A stretch of DNA of 63,332 nucleotides, the filler included, from Octopus bimaculoides (lineage: Eukaryota), in the NCBI RefSeq assembly GCF_001194135.2. It is 5 parts of 4 records of this genome, joined end to end, with 100 filler letters (N's around TTAATTAATTAA, not from the genome) between each part and the next. Parts side by side here need not be neighbours in the genome. Positions count along the whole stretch, not along the records: positions 23,545 to 55,276 come from NC_068981.1; 4 more parts are not named here. One strand, written 5' to 3'. The notes beneath the pieces are model-generated. The model was not told the DNA's origin, made no database searches, and saw only the letters and a program-made list of their open reading frames with translations. The position numbers were made by a program, and so were the translations under genes. This document shows positions 40,346 to 53,100 of the stretch, piece by piece (within the stretch, counting starts at the first letter, position 1; each line of letters starts with the position of its first letter).

Positions 40346-41635
40346 ATAACAAGTGTTCCATTAGTCATAGTTGGTCTAGTTATGGGAACTCCTGCTTACT
40401 GGTAGGAAGGTGGATATTTTCAATATCATAATCTTTTATACGTGTAATGCTATTTTACTTTCAATTTTCAACCTAAGGAAATGTAAGAGTTCATAACGAT
40501 AAGAAGTGGAGCTTTATAAGTGAAGATTCCTTATTTTCCCAGGACTGAGATAAAATACTTGGGAAGCACAATAAGTTATTTTTTGTTGTTGATATTGTTT
40601 AGCCTCAGGACAAATCAGCTTGAGTAGCTCTATGACCAAAGGCTTTTCAACCTTGACCAAACCGCCTTTTATTTGTTGCAATACATCTCTAACTATATTA
40701 ACTAATATTTCCCTCCCTTTTTTCAAGAGAGGAGGGGGTTACTTGAGGGAAATTTTTCTGCTGTTTTTAACAAGCCAAGAAACCTAATACAGTATCTCAC
40801 ATTAGCTCGTTTTATCCAGATAACAGAAATCCGTTAGTTAACTACGCAACACTATGGAAGCTAGGATTAGCTTCTGTAAAATGAGACATCTCAAGGTAAT
40901 CGGTGAGTATTTATATCCAAAAAGAAAATAAAGAAGTAAAACTTTGGTGACAGACTAATTACAATCTAAATAATGACTACGGGGACTATAAGATGACATA
41001 TATGCAATAATGTAACAAGACTCCCCAGATAAAACGAAAACAATAAAATAAAAACAATAATAATGGAGATCTATATTTTGTTCGATGTTGCAATTTAAAA
41101 CTATTTCTTCGTGTACTTTTGTTGCAGCTGATATTTGCTCTAAAGATTAAATACCACGTTGGGTGCAATTTCTTTCAAAATGGCCGCGAAGTGGAAGATG
41201 AAAGAGGAAGACATCGAGAGATGGAATCAGGCTGATAACGAGAATTCTTAAGAATTAGCAGCATTCCAATTTTCATGTGTTCGTCGTCAGCGTTCTTTAA
41301 GTCAAATATAGTCTAGTACAGTCATCCTAAAGCACAAAGATAAATTCAGTGGAGACAAAATGCTTGATACCGAGGGATGCCAAAGATGATGATGATGATG
41401 ATGATGATGATGATAATGGTGAAGATGATGATGCTGACGATTATGATGATGATGACGATGATGATGATGATGTAGATGATGATGATGATGATGAACATGA
41501 TGATGACGCAAGAGGCTTATGAGAAGCTTTATTTTTACCCCTCAATTTTACTTTGTGTTGATTATTTCTACCACAGCTTCTCCCGATAGATATGCAGATT
41601 TGTGTCAATGAAACAAATCAAATGTACGCGCACGC

Positions 41636-41680
<45 letters not shown>

Positions 41681-43429
41681 CGCATGCGTGCAGTCACAGT
41701 TGGCTTAGCCGATAGACTAATTAACTCTTGGTTGCGCTGAATCTGTTTACCTAAATAGCAACTATGCCTTATTGCTGATATTACTGTTGTTTAGCACCAT
41801 GTCATTTCTGATCAAGCAACTGTGCAACCGTAACCATCTCATTTCTTTTTCAGGTATAATGCATTTAGGACTACATTATCCATTATTTCCTATCTCTTTT
41901 TTAAGTCAGTAAGGTGTGATTTGATGAAGATTTGAACGCTCTATAAGTCAGGTCGTATGTAGGGACGTCTTAGCAGCATTGTAGTAGACCCCTGACAGGT
42001 CAATACATTGGGACCTATAGTATTTAGTAATTGACAGCGAGTCACAGCATAGATTAGAATTGGGCCCCTAGGCCGCTGAGGGCCTTGGGCAGGTGTCCCG
42101 TGTGCCGTGCACTTGTCATATGACCACGTAAAGCAGTCATGCATAACATGTGACCTGCGAGACTTTTTGAATGACACGCCTAACGGAAGATTACCTGATG
42201 AGGATCCATGTATCATGCGACCCGCTTCTTGATAAAGTTTGCCTATGCCTGACGTAGAGGCTCCTTCGTTACCTCATGGAACCAAGCTTAGGTACAAATG
42301 AACGCCATATAAAATGCAAAACACTGCACGACTCACAGGTGTTTCATTCGCTGTACTGAATTCAGGTTCTCCTATCAGATGGGGNNNNNNNNNNNNNNNN
42401 NNNNNNNNNNNNNNNNNNNNNNNNNNNNNNNNNNNNNNNNNNNNNNNNNNNNAATAACTTCATTCTTCAACCTCATTCCAGACTTTTAACCCTAATTAGC
42501 CCTTGGCATTGGAACCGGGCTATCGTGCTGAATACTATAGTTTGCATGTGACGGTTTGGTGTGTGACAAAATATCTTATGCTAAACACATATCTTGCTCC
42601 GCCAGCAACCGCCACGTACCCACCATTACCAGCACCTCCGTGACGACGACGACTGCCACCATAACCCCCACCAAAACCCGCTGCCACCACGAACATGAAC
42701 AAATCATTTGAACATCTTACCTGACAACGAAGGATTTCACAACGACGGCAACAACAACAACAACAAACAACGACGATGAAAAAAAGGACGTGGTAGAGAA
42801 GAAAGAGGAAGCAGAAAATATAGAACAGTTAGCCAAACTCTGATAGTTCAGAACTTAAACAAATATTTTACGAAACTATTTGGAACAAGAATCCTATAAT
42901 AGTAAGTTGGTTAATTAATGTTAGTTTATATAAAAGAAAAGATAAATGTAAAAGTTTTAGAAAAGATAAAAAAAAAAACAGCTTGTATTTACTGTAACGG
43001 TAACAAAAACAATATAAAGTTTAAATTAGTCGCAGCAAAACGAGCAGTTAATGGAAAAATAGAAGCGGCTACTAGATAAAATATGCCAAATAGCATACAC
43101 ACACACACGCACATACTCCGGTAGACAGGCATACATAAATTTGGAAGTTTATACAGCAGAAATAATGCTTTAAATGTTATAAACATTAAAGTATGTTCTC
43201 TTAATTTTCCCTCCTTTATTGCAACTGAACAGCAAATTATTTTTGCATATTAGAAGAGAGGTTAAAATTTAAGAGTCCGCCCGTTTGTCTCTTGCAATCT
43301 TTCTCGCTCTATCTCACTCTCTTCTATATCTTTTTTTCATACAGCAAAAATATCGTTTCATATTAGCTTGCCAGATCTACGTAGTCGATGTATTTGCCAA
43401 AGATCAGATTATCAGATTCGCTCTCTACC

Positions 43430-44250
43430 ACATAATTCCATTTAAATTTTCTATGGATTTTTATTATCTCCCTTGTATATCTTGATAAACATATTCACTC
43501 ATGCTAGTGTCTTTTTTTTTATTTTCATAATTTTGATTAAATTATATTTTTGTTTGTCACATTATATAGAAAATACCCATGGAAAAATTTTCCAATTTAT
43601 TTTAAATTACCCAACCAGTGAATGTTTTCACTTAGAATTATAATTTTATGAATTCTGTAAGTATCTCACTTCCCATTATATGTTTCCATTGACATTTTTA
43701 ATGGATTTGCATCTCCGAGTGATCCCCCTTGTATATCAGAATAAACATTGTCATTAATGTTTTATTTTTCACTTGTTTTCAGTTTTTGGATAGCGGCTCT
43801 CCTGGGGTACCACCTTGAAAAGTTTTAGTCGAACTAATCGATCTCAGTTCTTAGTTTTAAAACTTGTTACTTATTCTGTCCGTTTCTTTTGCCGAATCGT
43901 TAATTTACAAGAACGTAAACAAACCAACACTGGTTATCAAGCGGTTTTAGGAGAAAAACACAAACTTAAAAACACACATACATACTTACATAAACAAAAT
44001 TTAAAGTCTGAGTTAGAAGCAGTTCTATAATGCAAACATTATCGATGTTACATACTTAATGCATGTGTGTTGTTAAACGCTTTTTTTTTGACTGCGGTAT
44101 TTCGTTCAGAGAAAGTCTTGTTGAAAAACAATATAAAATCAGGCCAAACGGATTGCTTCAGAGGTGAACGAGAACGACAGATTTAGATATTTTGAAGTTA
44201 TTTCAGCTTATCGGTGCTACATAATCGATTCGTTCTCGAGACGAATTCAA
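43430..44250 (-). mobile_element. Cluster of old pogo/Tigger transposase remnants
   Basis: SKKKRLTTHMH*VCNID (cf. K.RLT...C.NA.G of the DDE_1 domain) near 44060; the 43560-43640 segment recurs in diverged form at 45060-45170. Confidence 0.4.
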
Positions 44251-46049
44251 TTTGTTTTACTTGTGCGGCGTTGTTGCACATCAACAACTTGATTTTACGC
44301 TATCTGCCAGTGATTTGAATTCGTCTCAAGGACNNNNNNNNNNNNNNNNNNNNNNNNNNNNNNNNNNNNNNNNNNNNNNNNNNNNNNNNNNNNNNNNNNN
44401 NNNNNNNNNNNNNNNNNNNNNNNNNNNNNNNNNNNNNNNNNNNNNNNNNNNNNNNNNNNNNNNNNNNNNNNNNNNNNNNNNNNNNNNNNNNNNNNNNNNN
44501 NNNNNNNNNNNNNNNNNNNNNNNNNNNNNNNNNNNNNNNNNNNNNNNNNNNNNNNNNNNNNNNNNNNNNNNNNNNNNNNNNNNNNNNNNNNNNNNNNNNN
44601 NNNNNNNNNNNNNNNNNNNNNNNNNNNNNNNNNNNNNNNNNNNNNNNNNNNNNNNNNNNNNNNNNNNNNNNNNNNNNNNNNNNNNNNNNNNNNNNNNNNN
44701 NNNNNNNNNNACACACACACACACACACACATACACACACACACACACACACACATACACACACACACATGTAATGTTTCTTTCAGCTTCTATCTACTAA
44801 ATTCACTCACGAAGTTATGGTTGGCTCGTGCCTGTTGTAGGAGACACTTCCCAATTTATCATCTGCTTGCCAAGTTGGGCAAGGTATTTTCTACTTGCCA
44901 AGGTGATCCCTGAAACATGTAGTTGGGAAGCAAACGTTTTACCATACAGCCATATCTACTCGTTGCCGATAAAGCTAAGGAATTTTTTTTTACTTTCATA
45001 ATTTTAATTGATTAATTTTGTTTTGTTTACCATATTGTGTATGTTAGTCCACTGTTAATTATTTGATCTTTATGCAGAAGATACCCATAGGAAAATTTTC
45101 TTCTTTATTAATTTAAATTATCTAATCAGAGAATGTCTGACAAATATCAGTAAGACAAATCTTCACACAGTGTATGTAATAAAATTGAAACACATCCTGT
45201 GTGCTCACCTTATTCTATTCTTCAGTTTTAAAACAATCAAGGGTTGTTTTCGTTGCTTTTTTTATACCAAGAATCGTTTTCAACGCTAGTACTTTTTTGT
45301 GTGTTCTCTTTTGTTATTGGGGAAGTGCAAACTCTTCCTGGTATTGTATTGCGCCAGTTTCCTTTGTTACGGGGTCTGGTGTATTATTGTATTATTGTTT
45401 ATACTGTGCGTTGTGTGTGTAATGCAAATTGTGTTTTGCTGGATATCCGGCTTATTGGTGGTTGCTTATTTTATGGAATATTTACTATATAGAGTATGTC
45501 ATATGTTTATGGATTGTTTTGTTTGGGTTGTATTATTGAATTGATAGTGTCTTGCTTGGATGTGAGCTGTTCCTAGCAGGGCTATTTTTTTGGATAGTGT
45601 GTAGTATTGAGGGTCCAGGTATAGCTTCTACGTTATTATTATTATTATTAGCATGTTGGATAAAACCTTAGCAACATTTCGTCCTTCTTTACGTTAGGAG
45701 TTCAAATTCCACCGAGGTCGACCAGTTGAGCTCTGGAGCTGATGTAATCGACTTCCTCCCTCCCTCCACCTAAAAGTAATAATAATATAATAATAAAAAC
45801 TAGCGTAAAAGGTCAATACGCTTTGCTGTGGTACACGTAAAAAAAAAAGAGAAATGATATCATCTTGCTAATTTATGTCTTCGAAAAACATTCAACTAAG
45901 ATTATTTAACTTACATTTCTATCATTTTCTTTTTCTCTGCATTCATCTATCTGTAGCAGTGAGGTTCTTTCTGTAAGTTTATCGAACTTGTTGTTACGTT
46001 CGATGTTAGGATCGATGTACATTATCGCTTGAACTTTTCAAATTCGTGA

Positions 46050-46727
46050 AATATGAAAAAAAAAAAAAAAATTCTGTTGAGGTTATTTCCTTTATTTGTT
46101 GGTCGTTTTCATTGACATTTTGTTAGTCCACTTCTTCGTAGGCACTTTGTTGACCCACATTAAAAAGGTCATGACCATTTAATTCTTCCGACAACAATAC
46201 AAGTAAATCAAAGATCACAATCAATCTCTCTTCCAACGTCAGCAATTTCTCCAATAATTTCGTCTTGTTGAGGATAGTCAGTGCAATTGTTAGCGTAATG
46301 AGGTAAGATCGATTCCCATGGGACTTTCTCTCTATTCATTAAGATTTTCAATGGACTTTCTTTATATAGAATTCTTTCCATAATTCAACTAATAAATTTG
46401 TATTCTCTCCCATTTTAATTGCTTATGCAAAGGTTTCATTCTTAAAAATAAGTTTTAGTTTTATGATATATCAAATACCTCTTGGTTCAAAGGCAGAAAG
46501 GAAATATCATTTATGCGGGCAAAAATCATTCACATATTTTCATCAGCAGAGACTGTTTTAAAATTTATAAAATGTAGAAACCAAGAACGTTCGGGAAAAC
46601 ATAAATTGGGAAGTGTCTCCTACAACAGGCACGAGCCAACCATAACTTCGTGAGTGAATTTAGTAGATAGAAGCTGAAAGAAAGACATTACATGTGTGTG
46701 TGTGTGTATGTGTGTGTGTGTGTGTAT

Positions 46728-46800
<73 letters not shown>

Positions 46801-46801
46801 C

Positions 46802-46838
<37 letters not shown>

Positions 46839-48200
46839 CGATGTCACATACTGAATGTATATGAGTTGTTAAACACTTTTTGGTTGCGGCATTTCGTCTA
46901 GTGAATGTGCTTTTTAAAGACAGCGTGTTGAAAAACACAGTATATTTCAAAGCCAAGTAAGACGAGTCGCACCAGGGGTGAATGAGAACAACAGATATCG
47001 ACATTTCGCTGTTATTTCAGCTCATCGGCACCGTATATTCGTTTCGTCCTTGAGACGAATTCAAATCACTGGCAGATAGCGTAAAATCAAGTTGTTGATG
47101 TGCAACAACGCCGCACAAGTAAAACAAATTGAATTCGTCTCGAGAACGAATCGATTATGTAGCACCGATAAGCTGAAATAACTTCAAAATGTGCTTTGAT
47201 GAACCATGTTTTATTGTTATAATGCTAAAATGCCCTATCAGCATCAAAGCGTAAAAGCCTTGAAATTCTGTGCGTACTACATATGGCACTTTTCTTTCTA
47301 AAAGAAGTATTAACCTACTTTTCTACACGTTAAATTCTGCGTTTTCTTTTCTCCTTTCTCAACAAAATAGTTGTTGAAGATATACTTTTTCAGAATATGA
47401 TTATTTCATCTACATTGATTATTTGTTTGTCGAATTTCTTTAAAAAATATCAGCGATTTTGTCTGTACTTGCAACCTGACATGTTATACTAACACTGCGA
47501 ATTCCTGAATCCCTGAAACCATCCAAAACTAGCAGCAAAATTTCCAACCAGAATCTTTTACTCTTTTATTAAGTTTACTTTAATCGCAGAGAAGATGCTT
47601 AAAGCTTCGAAGAATTTGTTTTTGGTTACAATCATCTATTCACAAAGAGAAAGTGCTTTCATTTTCAATGATAATACTGCTATGTAGTTTATGTAGACTA
47701 TGTATAAGAAAGTACCGAATAAAAACAAGGATACTGCAAATAATTTGAAAATACGAACAAATTTAAAACGACCATTACAATTTGAAAACTTCCAGGCATT
47801 TCTAGGTCATGTGCATTCACGCACTCAGTTTCAACGTTGCTCAAGGTGAAAGAAGACTGCTTATTCTGCGGTCCATGTATTGTATGATTTTGGTTCTCTA
47901 AGGGAGCTTACCAGCATTTGGAGAATTGGTATCTTTATAAACGGACCCACGTCCGTTCGGGATCTCTCTATCATTGTATATAATTCTGTTGTCCTCACTT
48001 GGAGTCTGTCCTTTATAATTTTTAGAAGTGTTTCTATCGATTTTCTGTCTACTTTTTTTTTTGTAATATTGCTTGTTCTTGTAAACAGTGAAGTTGAAGA
48101 ATATTGCTTTATTGTTGCTCTTAGTGTACATTTTCTGATTCTTTTGTCGTTGTGCAACTCTGTCTCTCGTTGCTGTTTCTTCTTTCTTTTTTTGGTATTG
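46050..48200 (-). mobile_element. Near full-length pogo/Tigger transposase fossil, interrupted at 46601-47190
   Basis: In order on the minus strand: RKSIETLLKII (HTH-like), FAASFGWFQGFR (F.AS.GW..F), QIINVDEIIIF (N.DET), NNKTWF, [insert], FLPLNQEV (QPLDQG), LWKEFYIK, and an acidic C-terminus. Confidence 0.7.
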
Positions 48201-48259
48201 CATTTACTGTTCTTGTTTTTGTTATTGTTGATCCCGTTCATCATCAAATAGTACAGTCA

Positions 48260-48332
<73 letters not shown>

Positions 48333-50899
48333 TACATACAGACACTTGAATACACAAACACATTTCTATGTTGTGAAATTAAGACCTGTCACTTAAGAAT
48401 TTAAGCATCTTTTTTCTTTTAGATCAAATGAAAGGGGGATTTTTGGATTGAACTTCAACATCATCAGTAGATGAAATATTTGAGGAAGGCAAAGGCAACG
48501 ACATTTCTATCGGAGTTTCATGCTTTTGTTGTTTGAAGGAGAATACTTCTTGGTTAGGTTAGCAGGTGATGCCGATTCTGCCGATGTGGTTGTCGTTGTT
48601 GTCAATATCGATGTTGATTTCGTTGTTGTTACTGGTGTTGGCAGCAAAGGCGTTTGTTTTGTTGTTGCTGCTTTATCTGGAAACAAAAATGAGATGAATA
48701 ATACCATTATAATTGAAATATTTTGACTTTCCGACTCTGCTACCACCATCATGTTTTATATGCCTTCATTATAGAACTAATGCGAAAACTGTAGTTTTCA
48801 GATATGTTTAATACCTGGATTTCCAGTTGAGTTTTCAGGCATTTTTCATGATACCCTTCTTATATTATTTTACCATTGCCACCAAAATACATTGGTCTAA
48901 GTTTGGTGGTACGGTATGAATAATCTCTTTGATAGAGCGACGATCCATATAAATGGAGAAATAAAATTCTTCCAAGATGCTAGTATCTTTTCGTTTCTTC
49001 CTCGCTTCGAAAGAATGCTTTCATTAAACCATATTGTTTTATTTGTTTGAAGTGCTAAATAACACTCCAGATACTTTCCAGCGACATTTTCTGCCTGGGC
49101 AAGAGAATTGTTTTGCACTTCTCACTTAGATACTTATTCACTTGTAGTTAGCTGTATTCCTGAGTGAACGTTCAGTCTGACCCTGAGAACGCTATCAACC
49201 CTAAGACTATTTTATATAAAGTTTTACTCATATATATTCAATTTCGGTGTAAAGGTGATCTCTGTTGAAGAACAAGAGCGATCCGACATTCACGTTGGAA
49301 TCAACCAAACCGCATTAAGAATGAATAGATACATTATTTTGGTGGTTCTCGCTGCTCTGCGTGCACTGTTTGAATAGTTATCTGTTAGGTAGATAGCAGT
49401 ACGCTTCAGATAATAATTTGTTTGCTGAATCCTATAAACAAGAGTGTCTTAAAGTCACCTTAATTCGGTGAATCTCGTGTGTCATGAACACACATTGTCT
49501 AGAGTGAGAAGTGTTTCGACTCTAGTGTACCTCATCAGTCAAAGATACCCCTACCGCCCCGATGAATCTGCCAAGAGCAGGAGCTCATGTTTACAGGAAT
49601 CAGCAAACAGATTATTTTCTGACGCAAACTGATATCTACCTAACAGAGCAGCGACAATCCCCAAATTAACGTATACATTCATTTTTAATGTGTTTTGGCA
49701 GATTCGAACATGAATATCTGATCACTCTTGTTTTTCTTCAACGGAGAACACCTCTTGACCAAAACTGATAATATAATATGAAAGATATTATATATAAAAT
49801 ACTCTTAGGGTTGATAACACTGACGNNNNNNNNNNNNNNNNNNNNNNNNNNNNNNNNNNNNNNNNNNNNNNNNNNNNNNNNNNNNNNNNNNNNNNNNNNN
49901 NNNNNNGATAAAGATTGTGACTCTTTTTCGCTATTGTTTTTGCTATTGTTGTATTGGCCATGTTTTCATCTTTCTAGTTGCTGTTGGTGTAACTGGTGTT
50001 GTTTTTGTAGACATTCTCTCGTGTGTTGTTGTTGTTGTTATCACTGTTGCTATTAGTGTTGTTCTCTTTGATGTTATTGTTCTTTTCTATTTTCTTATTG
50101 ATATTGATGTTGGTGCAACTTGTTTCGGTTGACATTTTGTAACATTTTCAACTGTTTTGATGTTGGTCTTGTAAATGTTGACATTGCTGTTTTGTTCACT
50201 TTCTGTCGCATATTTTATTATTAGTTGTTGCAAGTATAGTTAAAAACATTAGGTTTGTTAGTGTTGTGTTGCTGCTTTCTGTCCAGCATCATGGCATTAT
50301 TGTTGTTGTCAAAGTCACCACATACATTCCTTTATTAACTTACTCTGAAAAATTTTCGGTAAAAGTAATTGTTTATATTTTGCTTTCACGAACAAATCTA
50401 TTAGATGTAGACGACAGGTCTAGCGTCACTGCTACTACATTTATCATGGTTGCCTCCCTCATCTCTTCTCTCATCTAATGTCAAATTTGTAGATACTCTT
50501 AATAAAACTGTTCGTATACTGCAGACAACAAAGAAAATACTGTATCCTTCCTATTCAGGAGAACTACTGAAACATTTCATAAACAGTCTATATTCCGGGG
50601 TTCTTGGTGTTCACTTTCTATTTCTTCTTGACCCAACACAATATTCCTCTTGTTTCGTTCAATTACTCTGTTATTGTGCCATAGGTCTCTCCTTCTTTTG
50701 GGAAAGCTTAATTTCATATATTCCAGAATGATGACATTTCTTCATGAGCTACATCCAATGATATTTATTTTCAGACTGGGTTAATATTTTGCCCTTTCTA
50801 TCTTATATCGTCTCCGGTTTACCACCTTTCTTCAGGGTCTATCTTTTCTCATAGTAACAATGCGGCGTGTTGGAACTGCAGCTCGGAGTTTCAGGCTGG

Positions 50900-52187
50900 C
50901 ATAGTACTGGAGGAAGAAGAGAAACTTCGGTCTCTGGGTTTCCCATCTCATTGACCCTATTGTTGATGTTGCTGAGGATGAGACATTTTCGTTTCCTCTG
51001 TTTCATCTCTGACCATCTCCGGAGCACTATACGGTAAGTACTGTGGAAGTAGTGATGGCCATAATCTCTCTCACCCCTCCAGCTGTTTGTATCTTTGGGA
51101 CAGACTGTTGCTGCTGTTTTTGCTTCTGTTTGCTGCTACCTTCTTTCTTACTCCTTTCCTCCACACGACAAGTAACTTTCATGTGATTCGTATTGTCACA
51201 CATTTAATAATAATGGATTACTTTGCGCCATTAGTCTGATGGACCACTTTTCCAATCTCACAATGGGGCATAAGTTTGGGATAGACTCGTGATTTTCAGG
51301 GATAATTAGCACCTGTATGTCCATGCATACTCTACTGACCACATGTTGCAGGTCACCTCTACACGCAAAATCTGCTGTACTGGAAAGGTAGCAACAAACC
51401 AAGGATCTACGTCAGCACATTTTCTCTAAACATGACTTTCTGTTTTTCCTGTTTATATATGGCAACACCATCCGATCGGCTGTCTTCTCATTCCCCCTGT
51501 CCTCTCATTCTTATTCTTGAATAACAGCCATGCACTTCTACCACAGTCGACGGAGCATACATGCTAAAACACATTCCCCAGTATGACCTTCAGCTTTCTT
51601 TTGAGGACATGGAAATCATATTCCTTTTCTTTTGCGTCACTAAACTTTGTCCTTTGTTTGGATCTGGCTCATGTTTGGTAGCTCCCTTCGTCCTACAAGA
51701 CTGGCAGTTTATGAGTTGTTGTTGACTGTGCTTTCGTTATCGTCTTTTAAGTTAAAGTTTTGCTACATTTATTGCAATTTTCTAAATGTGCTTGAAAATG
51801 TGTTTAAAACTGAATCTGCTTAATTCTATTTCTTCCTGTTTTTTCTTGTAGACTGTCATAAAACAACCCCACCGCTATTTCTCTTTATAACAGCGAAATG
51901 AAGGAGTGGTTTGCCTGTTTGGCATGTCTGTGCATGCCTTATTTGCGCTCTGTATGGTTCGTGCTTATGGTTTTTTTTTCTGGTTGTATTGTTTTTGTTG
52001 CGCGTTTCTTGTTTGGAAGAAGGTACTTGTTCAATGTCTTTTTGGTCGGTGCTTGTGCGAGTGATACTACGCTTATTGTTCTGCTTGCTTGGTCATGACG
52101 ATGATGCCTGCATTGCTTTAGTAGTTTGTGACTGTTTTGTGTTACAGGTGCTGGTAGCGAGAGTGCTCGTCATACATTGTTCTTCTT

Positions 52188-52237
<50 letters not shown>

Positions 52238-53100
52238 GTGCGAAACCCTTCAAATGATGCGCGATGTCATGGCTATAAAAGTTTGGTCTTTTGCTCCTAC
52301 AATAAATGGCAACCTGCATTCCACTCTTGAAACAGATCGGATCAGGGATCCTCGCCATTTCTCTTGGTGTTGTCAATAGCACTACCTGAATGGTTATCGC
52401 CAACCATTTCATTTTGAAGGTGGATTTGTTGCTGGCCACTTTGTCATACTCCTCCATTACTCTATGTCCAACTTCGGTGGCATTTCAGGCAGTTGATTTG
52501 TGTGCGATCCTCGTCTCATGTATGTTGTGAGGGGGATGAATTCATCCAATGCGCATGTGGAGCTTTTCTTTGCCGTTCATTACTATGGCACAAGAAACCC
52601 AGTATTTCGTTGGTTATTCTCTCACGCACCCACAATACAGCATCTTGTATCACTGAAACACATTTACTGTCTTGTACCGGAGAGGATATTACATAGTGCA
52701 GAGATACTGAGAGACCTATTTATAGGATCGCCTTCTCTCTCCCTGATTGCCAGTTGCTTGAAAACGATGGCCAGGCGACTTTTCTCAGTATCGAAGGTTT
52801 TTAGAAAGCAGAAAATTCTGGGCCCTGTTAATACTGGATATGCATCTGCCAACTGCGCTCTCTCTATCCTCACTCCACCTTTTCAGAACTTTAGAGAAAA
52901 AAGCCCTCAAGGACACTTATTTCTTTATGTGCAACAAGTGGGTTGTTTACTTTGCATCAACGGTCGTATCACATTTTTATCCGCATCCACAATCAGGTAC
53001 AGTAATAGTTCTATGGCAATCAGTCGCACATCGATTTTGGTCACGTTGGCGCCAGCAACCCAATTTGCATTCAGTCAAAAGATGAAGAATAAAGAGACTA
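50900..53100 (-). mobile_element. Degenerate RTE/BovB-like LINE, interrupted near 51830-52230
   Basis: FLKTFDT (cf. D..KAFD), DCHRTITV (cf. NYRGISLL), VAIYCRSKRPNF, a GH...IPKL segment and a terminal CPK motif. Confidence 0.55.

Noticed and set aside
40514-40726. Protein-like ORF MKKGREILVNIVRDVLQQ...
   Set aside because: It overlaps the family G repeat tail (cctttggtcatag...ggctaaacaa).
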